From NCBI GenBank assembly GCA_965242565.1, contig OZ251457.1:172046-236045 (forward strand): 64,000 bases of DNA, in the 5' to 3' direction. The first letter of the stretch is position 1. Each line of letters begins with the position of its first letter. The position numbers and the translations under genes are program-made. The notes beneath the pieces were generated by a model, which saw only the letters and a program-made list of their open reading frames with translations, was not told the origin of the DNA and searched no databases. The stretch is from Dehalococcoidia bacterium. GTDB lineage: Bacteria > Chloroflexota > Dehalococcoidia > Bin125. Shown here in pieces: positions 19,550 to 28,503 of this stretch.

Positions 19550-20739
19550 GGGAGCCGCAATTCCGGCGCGAGTGTGAGGTCCAGGTCACGCCCGTCGCGG
19601 TGAACGCGCACCGGCACCTCCACGCCCGGACGCAGCCGCGCCAGCGCGTTGAGGTAGGGCGTGTCCGCGTCGATCGTCGCTCCGTCCAGCTCGCGGATCA
19701 CGTCGCCCGGCCGGATGCCCGCGCGGGCGAAGACGCCGCTGCGCTTGATTTCGAGCAGGAATGACCCCTCGTTGACCGAGAGGCCGAGCTGCGCCGCCGC
19801 CTGCGGCGTGAGCAGCCGCTCATTGACGACGCCGAACGTGGGGCGCGGGTAGTAGCCGTCGGCGGCGATCGCCCGCGCCACTTCCAAGACGCGCTCGATC
19901 CGAATCGCGAAACCCACGCCGTCGACGAAGTCGCCGTCCTGCGTCTCGCGCGCAATCACGCTGGTGAGGCCGACCACCTCGCCCTTGAGGTTGACCAGCG
20001 CGCCGCCGCTGTTGCCGAAATTGAGCGCCGCGTCGGTCTGAATCAGGTCATCCTGGACATAGCGATCGCGCTGGAAGTCGGTGTCGGGGTGGCTGACGAC
20101 GCCCAGCGTCATCGCGATCTCCTCGCCCAGCAGCACGTTGCCCACGGCCAGCACATGCTCGCCGGTGGAGAGCGCGCCGGCCGCGCCGAACGCGGCGGGC
20201 CGGAGGTCGTCCAGTTCCACGCGGTCCACGCGCAGCACGGCGACATCGCTGAAGGGCGCGTCGCTGCTGATCAGTTCGGCGCGCGCGCGCTCACCGTCGG
20301 CCAGGATCACCTCGATCAGTTCAGTGTCCTCAATCACGTGCGCCGCAGTCACGATGTTGCCCGCCTCGTCCAGCACGATCCCCGTGCCCAGCGCGACCGG
20401 CTGGTAGACGAGCCCGTCTTCGTTGGTGCGCTCCTCGCCCTCGGCGCTGATCAGCACGATCGAGGGCGCGACGCGGGCGTAGGCGTCGACCACCCGCTCG
20501 TGCAGCGGCGGATCGATCCGTTCCAGCACGTGGTCGAGCACGCGCGCGATCACCGCATCGCTGATCGGCTCATCGTTCTGCGCCTCGGTTTCCAGCACCT
20601 CCAGCACGATGCGCTCGACTTCCACGGGGTCGATCTGGGCCTCGCCATTCTGAAAGACGCCAATCAGGACGGCGACGACCGCTCCCGCGGCGGCGCCGGC
20701 GAGGAAGGCGGCCAGCCAGATGTTTCGCACGCTGCGCAC
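19546..20739 (-). CDS. htrA: HtrA/DegP-family serine protease with PDZ domain
   Basis: TM helix, then the TAAHV, DVAVLRV and GNSGGAL catalytic triad context, and a C-terminal PDZ-like GIRPGDVI. GTG 20739 chosen as start. Confidence 0.85.
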   Translation of the reverse strand: MRSVRNIWLAAFLAGAAAGAVVAVLIGVFQNGEAQIDPVEVERIVLEVLETEAQNDEPISDAVIARVLDHVLERIDPPLHERVVDAYARVAPSIVLISAEGEERTNEDGLVYQPVALGTGIVLDEAGNIVTAAHVIEDTELIEVILADGERARAELISSDAPFSDVAVLRVDRVELDDLRPAAFGAAGALSTGEHVLAVGNVLLGEEIAMTLGVVSHPDTDFQRDRYVQDDLIQTDAALNFGNSGGALVNLKGEVVGLTSVIARETQDGDFVDGVGFAIRIERVLEVARAIAADGYYPRPTFGVVNERLLTPQAAAQLGLSVNEGSFLLEIKRSGVFARAGIRPGDVIRELDGATIDADTPYLNALARLRPGVEVPVRVHRDGRDLDLTLAPELRLP

Positions 20740-20826
20740 GAGGCGACCCCGATCCGCCGCTCCGAGCGGCGCAATATGATAGTATATCCGCGTTCGAGTA
20801 TGTGATGCCGGGCGCTGGAGGCCGTC

Positions 20827-21309
20827 GTGACGCTGCGCAGGACCATTCCCGTGACGCGCGAGGGCATGGAGCGTCTGCGCGCCGAGCTCACCGACCTCAA
20901 GACGCGCCAACGCCCCGAAGCCGCGCTGCGCATTCAGCAGTCGCGCGAGGACTCCGCCGGCGGCCAGGACGAGGGGGAGGGACTCGAGACGCGCGCTGAG
21001 CAGTCTTTCATCGAGGGCCGTATCCGCGAGCTCGAGACGTTGCTCGCCAACGCCGAGCTGATCGACGAGGACGAGGCGCACAACTCCGAGACGGTACGGC
21101 TCGGCTCGACCGTCACCGTGCGCCCCAGCCGCCGCCGCAAAGACTTCACCTACATGATCGTCGGCCCCGCGGAGGTGGATCCGTCGCGCGGCCGCGTGAG
21201 CGACGAGTCGCCCGTGGGCAAAGCGCTGCTCGGCGCGCGCGTGGGCGACATCGTGGAGGTGCAGGCGCCCGCCGGCTTGCTCAAGCTCAAAGTCAAGGCC
21301 ATCGAATAG
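20827..21309 (+). CDS. greA: Transcription elongation factor GreA
   Basis: ~160 aa with an N-terminal coiled coil, and C-terminal VSDESPVGKALLGARVGD. Confidence 0.85.
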   Translation: MTLRRTIPVTREGMERLRAELTDLKTRQRPEAALRIQQSREDSAGGQDEGEGLETRAEQSFIEGRIRELETLLANAELIDEDEAHNSETVRLGSTVTVRPSRRRKDFTYMIVGPAEVDPSRGRVSDESPVGKALLGARVGDIVEVQAPAGLLKLKVKAIE

Positions 21310-21387
21310 CTGCGGGCGGCCCCCGCGCGCGTGTCGGGCGTGTGTTCGGCGTGCGGTCCGGAGGCCGCCGTCGAGGGGAGAGGGCGC

Positions 21388-22878
21388 ATGCCGCGCGACA
21401 GCCGCCGCCTGCTGGAAATCATCGAAGAACGCCGCGCCCGCGCCGACGCGCAGCGCGCGCTCGGTCTGGACCCGTATCCGCCGCGCACCAGCCGCACGCA
21501 CACGCTGGCGGCAGCGCACGCGCTGTTCGTCGCGAGCGAGGAGCGCGGCGATTCCACGCCGAGCGAGCGGGTCACGATCGCCGGGCGCGCACACGCGATC
21601 CGCAATATGGGGCGGATCGCGTTCATCGACATCGAGGACGACTCCGACGCGCTGCAGATCCTGATCAGCCGGCGGGCGCTGGGCGACGGCTGGGAGGTGA
21701 TCGACAGCCTCGATCTGGGCGACTTCGTGGAGGCGGAGGGGCTGATGATCCGCTCGCGGCGCGGCGAGGTCTCGCTCCAGGCCGACGCGCTGCGACCGCT
21801 GGCCAAGGCGCTGCGCCCGCCGCCGGAGAAGTATCACGGGCTACAGGATCAGGAGTTGCGCTACCGCAGGCGCTATCTCGATCTGATGGCGAATGCGGAG
21901 GCCAAGGAGACGCTGCGGGCGCGCTCGCGGGTGATCGCGGCGGTGCGGCGCTTTATGGACGGGCGCGGCTTCATCGAGGTCGAGACGCCGGTGCTGCAGA
22001 ACGAAGCCGGCGGCGCGGCGGCGCGTCCGTTTCTGACGCATTTCAATGCGCTCGACGAGCCGCGCGCGCTGCGGATCGCGCTGGAACTGCATCTGAAGCG
22101 GCTGATCGTCGGCGGCTTCGACAGGGTGTACGAAATCGGGCGGGTCTTCCGCAACGAGGGATTCGGCAACCGCTGGAACCCCGAATTTACGATGCTCGAA
22201 TCGTACGAGGCGTACGTCGACTATCGCCATGTTGCGGAGATGGTGGAGGAGATGCTGGCGTATGCGGCGACCGAGGCGACGGGCGGAACGCGCGTCCCCT
22301 GGCGCGAGGGCGAACTTGATTTCACGCCGCCGTTCGCGCGGATCACGATGGTCGACGCGGTGCGGGAGCACGCCGGCGTCGATTTTCGCGAGTACGACAG
22401 CGTGGAGGCGATGACTGAACTGTTACGAGAGAAGAGCATACCCGTTCCGCCCGACGCCGGCTGGGGCAAACTGTTCGACGAGCTGGTGTCGGCGTTGGTC
22501 GAGCCGCACCTGCAACAGCCGACCTTCCTGCTCGATTACCCGGTGGCGATCTCGCCGCTGGCGAAGCGGACGGCGGAGGATCCGCGTCTGGTCGAGCGCT
22601 TCGAGCTGTTCGTGGGCGGCTGGGAGTTGGCGAACTCGTATACAGAGTTGAACGATCCGGTCGATCAGCGCGAGCGCTTCGAGCGTCAGCTGGCGCTGCG
22701 CGACGCCGGAGACGACGAAGCCGAACTACTCGACGAGGACTTCCTGACGGCGCTGGAACACGGGATGCCGCCGACGGGCGGCTTGGGTATGGGGATGGAT
22801 CGCCTGGCGATGCTGCTAACCAACCAGCAGTCGATCCGCGACGTGATTCTCTTCCCCCAGATGCGCGCAGAGGAGTGA
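21388..22878 (+). CDS. lysS: Lysine--tRNA ligase (class II)
   Basis: FIEVETPVL, YEIGRVFRNEG and GGLGMGMDRL motifs. Trimmed to ATG 21388. Confidence 0.92.
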   Translation: MPRDSRRLLEIIEERRARADAQRALGLDPYPPRTSRTHTLAAAHALFVASEERGDSTPSERVTIAGRAHAIRNMGRIAFIDIEDDSDALQILISRRALGDGWEVIDSLDLGDFVEAEGLMIRSRRGEVSLQADALRPLAKALRPPPEKYHGLQDQELRYRRRYLDLMANAEAKETLRARSRVIAAVRRFMDGRGFIEVETPVLQNEAGGAAARPFLTHFNALDEPRALRIALELHLKRLIVGGFDRVYEIGRVFRNEGFGNRWNPEFTMLESYEAYVDYRHVAEMVEEMLAYAATEATGGTRVPWREGELDFTPPFARITMVDAVREHAGVDFREYDSVEAMTELLREKSIPVPPDAGWGKLFDELVSALVEPHLQQPTFLLDYPVAISPLAKRTAEDPRLVERFELFVGGWELANSYTELNDPVDQRERFERQLALRDAGDDEAELLDEDFLTALEHGMPPTGGLGMGMDRLAMLLTNQQSIRDVILFPQMRAEE

Positions 22879-22883
22879 GGGCG

Positions 22884-23297
22884 TCAGCCGAGCGCGACGA
22901 CCAGGCCGGTCGCAATGCCGATCGCAGCCAGGATGATGCCCACGCTCGCGAACGCGAAATTGAACATCCTTTGCCCCATCCGCGTCTCGCGCGCCTCCAT
23001 CTCCACCCGCAGATCGGCGACATCCCTCCGCAGGTCGCCGACTTCCGCTCTCACACCGGTGAGCTCAGTCCGCAGTTCGCGGACATCATTCTGCAGATCC
23101 TCCACCGCCTTCACGAGCGGAGCCATCGCGCGGCTGATTGCTTGCTCAAGCTCCGTCCGCGGCACAAACGGCGCGACGGCGCGCTCGATCTCCACTTCCA
23201 CTTCGCCGGCGAGCGCGTCGGAAAACTCCGCGGCGTGTTCCTCGGGCACGTTGCCGCGGGTCAGGGGGGCGACGAGACGGGTTCGGCTGATTGCCAT
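22884..23297 (-). CDS. DUF1640-like coiled-coil protein with C-terminal TM anchor (paralogue 1, 137 aa)
   Basis: MAISRTRLVAPLTRGNVPEEHAAEF N-terminus, heptad region, and C-terminal FAFASVGIILAAIGIATGLVVALG. Confidence 0.7.
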   Translation of the reverse strand: MAISRTRLVAPLTRGNVPEEHAAEFSDALAGEVEVEIERAVAPFVPRTELEQAISRAMAPLVKAVEDLQNDVRELRTELTGVRAEVGDLRRDVADLRVEMEARETRMGQRMFNFAFASVGIILAAIGIATGLVVALG

Positions 23298-23357
23298 GGA
23301 TGCCCTCACTTTCCGATCTGCGGATACTCTAGCACATGCTAGCTGAGAGGTCGCCGC

Positions 23358-23732
23358 ATGCGCAGCTACGTTGACGGGATGAATGTGATCGGCGCGCGGG
23401 CCGACGGCTGGTGGCGTGATCGCGTCGGCGCGATGGCGCGGTTGGCGCGCGAGGTGGACGCGCTGGCGGCGAAAGGCGACGGCGAGTGGATCATCGTGTT
23501 CGACGGGCGGCCGCGCATGCTCGCGGCGCAGTCGCGCGACGTAACGGTGGAGTGGTCGCGGCGCTCGGGCCGCAACGCGGCGGACGACCGGATCGTCGAA
23601 CTGGTTGAAGCAGCGGGCGGGGATTGTCTGGTCTACACATCGGATCGTGAGCTGCGTGGGCGGCTCATTGCGCTGGGCGCGCAGGTCGAAGGCGCGTCCA
23701 CGCTGCTGCGTCGGCTGGAGCGGCTCAGTTGA
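23358..23732 (+). CDS. NYN/YacP-like (PIN-like) predicted RNase domain protein
   Basis: YVDGMNVIG...WW, IVFDG and AADDRIVELV pattern typical of YacP/DUF901. Confidence 0.6.
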   Translation: MRSYVDGMNVIGARADGWWRDRVGAMARLAREVDALAAKGDGEWIIVFDGRPRMLAAQSRDVTVEWSRRSGRNAADDRIVELVEAAGGDCLVYTSDRELRGRLIALGAQVEGASTLLRRLERLS

Positions 23733-24432
23733 AGCCGAGGATGATGCCCACGGCGGTAGCGACGGCGGCGAGGTTGATCCCGATGACGCCAATCGCGAAG
23801 GTGAGCATCTGGCGGCTCTCACGCGCCTCCCGCTCTGCGGTTTCGACGCGGAGCTTGCCGATCTCCCCGTCTATGCGCGCCTCCCGCTCTGCGGCTTCAA
23901 CGCGGAGTTTGCCGAGCTCCTCGCTCATGTCGCTGCGGAGCTTGCCGAGCTCCTCGCTCATGTCGCTGCGCAGCTTGCCGAGCTTCTCGTCTATGCGCGC
24001 CTCCCGCTCTGTGGCTTCGACGCGGAGTTTGCCGAGCTCCTCGCTCATGTCGCTGCGCAGCTTGCCGAGCTCCTCGTTCGTGCGCGCCTCCCGCTCAGCG
24101 GCATCAACGCGGAGCTTGCCGAGCTCCTCGCTCATCTCGCTGCCCAGCTTGCCGATCTTCTCGTCTATGCGCGCCTCCCGCTCGGCGGCTTCAACGCGCA
24201 TGTCGCGCATCTCCAGGCGAAGATCGTTGATCGCCTGGGCCATCTCGTTGATCGCCCGCGCCAGCGGCTCGGTCGCTTGGGCGATCGCGTCGTTCATCTC
24301 CACTTTGGTCGTCAGCGGCTCGAGCTCCCGCTCGACTTCCTCCACGAGCCCGTTGCTGAACTCCGCGGCGTGCTCTTCGGGCACGTTGCCGCGCACGAGC
24401 GGCGCGGTGAGCCGTTGCCTGCTGATCGCCAT
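23725..24432 (-). CDS. DUF1640-like coiled-coil TM-anchored protein (paralogue 2, 235 aa, repeat-expanded)
   Basis: Same N-terminus (MAISRQRLTAPLVRGNVPEEHAAEFSNGLVEE) and C-terminal TM segment ending GIILGFN. Confidence 0.75.
   Translation of the reverse strand: MAISRQRLTAPLVRGNVPEEHAAEFSNGLVEEVERELEPLTTKVEMNDAIAQATEPLARAINEMAQAINDLRLEMRDMRVEAAEREARIDEKIGKLGSEMSEELGKLRVDAAEREARTNEELGKLRSDMSEELGKLRVEATEREARIDEKLGKLRSDMSEELGKLRSDMSEELGKLRVEAAEREARIDGEIGKLRVETAEREARESRQMLTFAIGVIGINLAAVATAVGIILGFN
23818..24195 (-). repeat. In-frame tandem repeats inside paralogue 2
   Basis: Reiterated VEAAEREAR(I/T)(D/N)E(K/E)(I/L)GKLR(SDMSEELGKLR) units of 18, 28 or 38 aa. Confidence 0.8.
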
Positions 24433-24480
24433 CGGAGCGTCCTCACCTTCCGACGCCAGTGTAGCGCGGGCGGGCAGCGC

Positions 24481-24765
24481 TCAGTTGAAGCCGAGGATGA
24501 TGCCCACGGCGGTTGCGATTGCGGCGATGTTGATCCCGATGATCCCGATCGCGAAGGTGAGCACCAGCCGCGTCATGCGCGTCTCCAGCGCCAGCAGCGC
24601 CCGCTCCATCCGCTCCCACAGACGCTCAAGATCCTCTTTCGTCGCCAGCCCGGACACCTGATCGTCGAAGGTGTTCTGTAGAGCCTCGGTGAACCCGATC
24701 GACGGGGCCTCGGTCAGCCCGCTGCGCACGAGGATGTCATGGAATCGCAGTCTGTTGATGGCCAT
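24481..24765 (-). CDS. DUF1640-like coiled-coil TM-anchored protein (paralogue 3, 94 aa, divergent N-terminus)
   Basis: MAINRLRFHDILVRSGLTEAPSIGFTEAL...LATKEDL pattern, and a C-terminal TM segment ending GIILGFN. Confidence 0.7.
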   Translation of the reverse strand: MAINRLRFHDILVRSGLTEAPSIGFTEALQNTFDDQVSGLATKEDLERLWERMERALLALETRMTRLVLTFAIGIIGINIAAIATAVGIILGFN

Positions 24766-24814
24766 CAGCGCTGCCCGCACTCTCTGGCGGCAGTGTAGAG
24801 CGGGCGGGCGGCGC

Positions 24815-25303
24815 TCAGTTGAAGCCGAGGACGATACCCACGGCTGTGGCGATTGCACCGATGTTGATGCCCGTCATTGTGAGCACCATCCGGGCCATGC
24901 GCGCCTCCCGCTCAGCGGCTTCGACGCGCAGCTTGCCGAGCTCCTCGTTCGTGCGCGCCTCCCGCTCAGCGGCTTCGCCGCGGAGCTTGCCGATCTCCTC
25001 GTTCGTGCGCGCTTCCCGCTCTGCGGCTTCGGCACGGAGCTTGCCGATTTCCTCATGCATCTCGCTGCGCATGTCGCGCATCTCAAGGCGGAGATCGTTG
25101 ATCGCCTGCGTCAGTCCGTTGATCGCCCGCGCCAGCGGCTCGGTCGCTTGCGCGATCGCGTCGTTCATCTCCACCTTGGTCGCCAGCGGCTCGAGTTCCC
25201 GCTCGACCTCTTCGACGAGCCCGTTGCTGAACTCTGCGGCGTGCTCTTCTGGCACGTTGCCGCGCACGAGCGGCGCGGTGAGCCGTTGTCTGCTGATGGC
25301 CAT
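24815..25303 (-). CDS. DUF1640-like coiled-coil TM-anchored protein (paralogue 4, 162 aa)
   Basis: N-terminus nearly identical to paralogue 2, three 18-aa EAAEREAR-type units, and a TM segment ending GIVLGFN. Confidence 0.75.
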   Translation of the reverse strand: MAISRQRLTAPLVRGNVPEEHAAEFSNGLVEEVERELEPLATKVEMNDAIAQATEPLARAINGLTQAINDLRLEMRDMRSEMHEEIGKLRAEAAEREARTNEEIGKLRGEAAEREARTNEELGKLRVEAAEREARMARMVLTMTGINIGAIATAVGIVLGFN

Positions 25304-25353
25304 TTGGGCGCCTCGCCTTCCGACGTCAGTGTAGCGCTTGGCGCGGGAGGGCG

Positions 25354-28089
25354 TCAGCCGTTGGGCGGGGCGTAGCGCTTGTTGGTGATGGAGGGTTCTT
25401 CGGAGAGGGCGCGGCGGATTTGGGCAACCCATTCGGGGTCGAGGTTGAGGGCGTTGGTTACGGCGTCGTCGAGCTGCTTGCGGATCGGGTCGTCGTTCAT
25501 TTGGGGGAAGGGGAGCAGTGTTTCGTTTTTGAGCGTTTCGTAAGCGTCGGCGAGTGCGTCGCGGGCGTCGTCGCCGAGCGCGGGGAAGTTGGGCACGGGG
25601 ATCGAGCGCAGGGTATCGAGCGAGAATTGAGGGTACGACGGTTTGCGGTTGTCGCGCCCGCCGAGGATCGCCAGCAATCCGACCGACGAATTGAGGTACG
25701 CGCAGAGCGCGGCCTGCGTAACGAAATTGCCGTCGTGCGGGCGGCATGGCGTCCAACGAGAGCCTGGCACAGACGCCTCAACGATGACAGCCGGTACTTT
25801 AGCAAGCGGAAGCCAAAGCCGATGTGCAAGCAACATCCGGCTGCGCTGTGCCCAGTACCTATCGGCAAGGTGCCGTTTCGACGGCTTCGGCTCGATGTAT
25901 GAGTCGGTGCGCGCGCTCATCGACTGAGTCACGTCCGTCTTGTGATCCCACAACGCGCGACGGCCCGACGTAGTCGGCTTGTGCGATCGCGTGTAAGCGT
26001 CGCGGATCCGTTGGCCGCCTGGTCCGACCTCAGCGATCCGGGACATACTGATGAACGTCGAGTCGTCTTGCGCGGCGCGGTCCCATAGCGTTTGCGCGTC
26101 GCCCACGAGACGCGGTGCCAAGAAGTTCACGGCGTTCCAGTCGCCGTCTGCGATTCGCGCGGCCTCTACGTGTTGGATGACGAACGGCCCGTCGTGCTCG
26201 ATCTGAGCTGCAATGGACAACGCATCGATCGGCCCTGACGGATTCTCGATCAGATTGACCACGCGCGTTGGCGGCTTCGGTCTATCGTGCGGCCAGCGGC
26301 GGCAGACGATTAGCGCTTCTCCGATCGATGTGTTTTCGGACATGTTGATGCGTTCGGGATCGTGCGAGGTGATGATGCTGTCCACATAGAATCGATCGCC
26401 AAGAAACTGCCGCAATCCAAAGCCGGACGGACCGGTTAGAACAGTTCCGGGTAGTACTGCCGCGAGGGTTCCGGCATCTTTCCCCAGCATTCCGTCCGCG
26501 AGAACGCAGAATCCAGTGCTCGATCCCGACAGGTGAGTCGCATCTTGTCCGTGGCTGCCGAAAAGCTTTTGTTCCGCTGTCTTGAGCGCGAGCTCATCAC
26601 CGCGCGAGAACTGATCGTGACGCAGACTGTCGCGCGTGAACGGCGGGTTCATGATCACCAGATCCATCGCCGGCGGCTGTTCGGGCTGCTCCGCGCCCGG
26701 ATCGTCGTCCACCTGCTGCGAGATCGAGGGCCAGGCGGCCAGCCGCGGCTGACCGCTGAGGAACTCCAGCGAGCCGAGGTAGGGCGTGCCCTCGTAGACG
26801 CCGAGCAGCGTGCGGTGGACGTTCATCCGCCCGAACTTGGTACTGGGCGAAAGCATGCCCAGCGTCGACGCCGCCATATGCGTCGCGGTGAGGTTGATGT
26901 CGTAACCCCAGAGTACATCTTCAACGAGACAGAGCGCCAACGCCTCCTCGTCGGCGGCGTTGATCGGCCCCGCCCGCTGGCGCAGGTCGCGGATGCGCTC
27001 CGCCGCCGCCATCAGCAGCGTGCCGGTGCCGCAGGCCGGATCGCAGATGCGCAGCCGCTCGACCGCGTTGGGGTCCGACCAGTCGCAGTCCTGCTCGCGG
27101 ATCGCCAGCGCCGCCAGTAACACCGCGGCGGGCGTGGAGGTATAGAACGACCCGTCGTAGCGCGCGGTATCGAGCACGCGGTGGAAGATGCGGCCCAGCA
27201 GGTCGTGGCGCAGCCCGTGGACGAGTCCCGCGATCTTGCCGACCTCGCCGGCGAGAGTGAAGACGGCCTGCGCGATATCGGGCGTTTGGGAGAGCGCCAT
27301 CAGCGCGACGCGAGCGGTTTCGAAGACGGGGCGATAATCGACCGTAAGGATCGCGCGCCAGGCTTCGAGCAGTGCGCCGATCGTGCTTTCCGGTTCCGCC
27401 GCGCACTGGCCCGAATTGAGCGGCGGCCACTGGCCCTCGTAGCCGCTGGGCCGCAGCGCCGGCAGGTGTTCCTGCAAGCGATGGTGGAAGAGCATTGCGG
27501 TGGCGACGACCAGCATCGCGCGTTTGGCGGCGGTGAAGTAGCCGTCTTCGCGCCCGCCCTTGCCGACTTTGGTTTGCGGCAGGTCCATCTCCTGCGCGAG
27601 CGCCCGCCGCGCGGAGGTGGAGAGCCGCTGGACGGCGGCGTCCAACGCCTCCGACAGAATTTGCGCCGCGCCGTCAGCGTCGCCCACCGCGCCGCCCGCC
27701 TGTCGCACCGCTTCCGCGAGTTCGGGCACGCTGCCCTGTTCCGACCAGCGGGCGGGGCTGCGCAGCTCCGAGCGTGTGCGTACCGCCCAGATCGGCCTGG
27801 CCTGCGCCAGCGTCTCGGTGGTCGCGCCGTCGGGGTAGCAGATGGCGAAGACGACAGTGGTCAATCCCTGCCTGAGCCGCGCGTCGGCGTCCTTGACCGC
27901 TTCGCGCCGCTTGGCCGCGCTGAAGCCGGCTTCCGCCTCCAGCACCACCCGCGCGCCGCCGATGTCGACCACCACATCCATCCGCCGCCCGCTCTCGCGC
28001 CGTTCGGCGCGCGCATCCAGCCCCTGCCCACGCAGCAGCTCGGCGAGCTTGCCGTTCAGCAACTCCTCTTGGTCGTGGGTGGGTGGCAT
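25354..28089 (-). CDS. 911-aa fusion: N-terminal PD-(D/E)xK-like domain + gamma-class N6-adenine DNA methyltransferase + C-terminal specificity-like region (Type IIG/IIL-like)
   Basis: FYTSTPAA (motif X-like), ICDPACGTGTLLMAAAE (motif I) and DLVIMNPPF (motif IV). Size and domain order are as in MmeI-type enzymes. Confidence 0.8.
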   Translation of the reverse strand: MPPTHDQEELLNGKLAELLRGQGLDARAERRESGRRMDVVVDIGGARVVLEAEAGFSAAKRREAVKDADARLRQGLTTVVFAICYPDGATTETLAQARPIWAVRTRSELRSPARWSEQGSVPELAEAVRQAGGAVGDADGAAQILSEALDAAVQRLSTSARRALAQEMDLPQTKVGKGGREDGYFTAAKRAMLVVATAMLFHHRLQEHLPALRPSGYEGQWPPLNSGQCAAEPESTIGALLEAWRAILTVDYRPVFETARVALMALSQTPDIAQAVFTLAGEVGKIAGLVHGLRHDLLGRIFHRVLDTARYDGSFYTSTPAAVLLAALAIREQDCDWSDPNAVERLRICDPACGTGTLLMAAAERIRDLRQRAGPINAADEEALALCLVEDVLWGYDINLTATHMAASTLGMLSPSTKFGRMNVHRTLLGVYEGTPYLGSLEFLSGQPRLAAWPSISQQVDDDPGAEQPEQPPAMDLVIMNPPFTRDSLRHDQFSRGDELALKTAEQKLFGSHGQDATHLSGSSTGFCVLADGMLGKDAGTLAAVLPGTVLTGPSGFGLRQFLGDRFYVDSIITSHDPERINMSENTSIGEALIVCRRWPHDRPKPPTRVVNLIENPSGPIDALSIAAQIEHDGPFVIQHVEAARIADGDWNAVNFLAPRLVGDAQTLWDRAAQDDSTFISMSRIAEVGPGGQRIRDAYTRSHKPTTSGRRALWDHKTDVTQSMSARTDSYIEPKPSKRHLADRYWAQRSRMLLAHRLWLPLAKVPAVIVEASVPGSRWTPCRPHDGNFVTQAALCAYLNSSVGLLAILGGRDNRKPSYPQFSLDTLRSIPVPNFPALGDDARDALADAYETLKNETLLPFPQMNDDPIRKQLDDAVTNALNLDPEWVAQIRRALSEEPSITNKRYAPPNG

Positions 28090-28140
28090 GGTGCGACGCT
28101 AGCAGAGAGTGGGTTCGTTGGATGTCTTGAGATTGGCGGC

Positions 28141-28198
28141 AGGCCGACCCCCAGTCCGCTTGCGCGGACAGCCTCCTGCATAGGGGGGCGATTTCGGA
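28141..28198. repeat. Double-hairpin element (family D)
   Basis: CCCCAGTCCGCTTGCGCGGACAGCC...TGCATAGGGGGGCGATTTCGG. Confidence 0.65.
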
Positions 28199-28228
28199 AC
28201 CCCCGCGATGGGAGGGAGGAGGGGGCGG

Positions 28229-28503
28229 TTACTTGACCAGCTGGTCGGCGAAGTGCTCGAGGGAGGTGCGGTTTTGGCGGAGTTCGGTTACGGCGTTGCG
28301 CCAGCGGTTTGGGATGGCGGTGGGGCCGAAGCGCGCGCCGAGGGCTGCGCCGCGGCGGGGGCGGCGTTGGTGTCGGTGTCGCCGCCGGCGATGGCAACCG
28401 CCCGCTCCGGCTTGTCCGGCCTCAGCCAGCCCGCCAGGTCGAAGCTGAGCAGCGCAAGGCTGGCGACGGCGACGGCTACCTGGGCCGTGCGGAGGTGGGT
28501 CAT
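28229..28503 (-). pseudogene. Truncated, frameshifted ADP-ribosylglycohydrolase C-terminal remnant
   Basis: AIAGGDTDTNAAPAAA in one frame continues as LGARFGPTAIPNRWRNAV in another. This matches the C-terminus of the 49338..50327 product. Confidence 0.65.
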
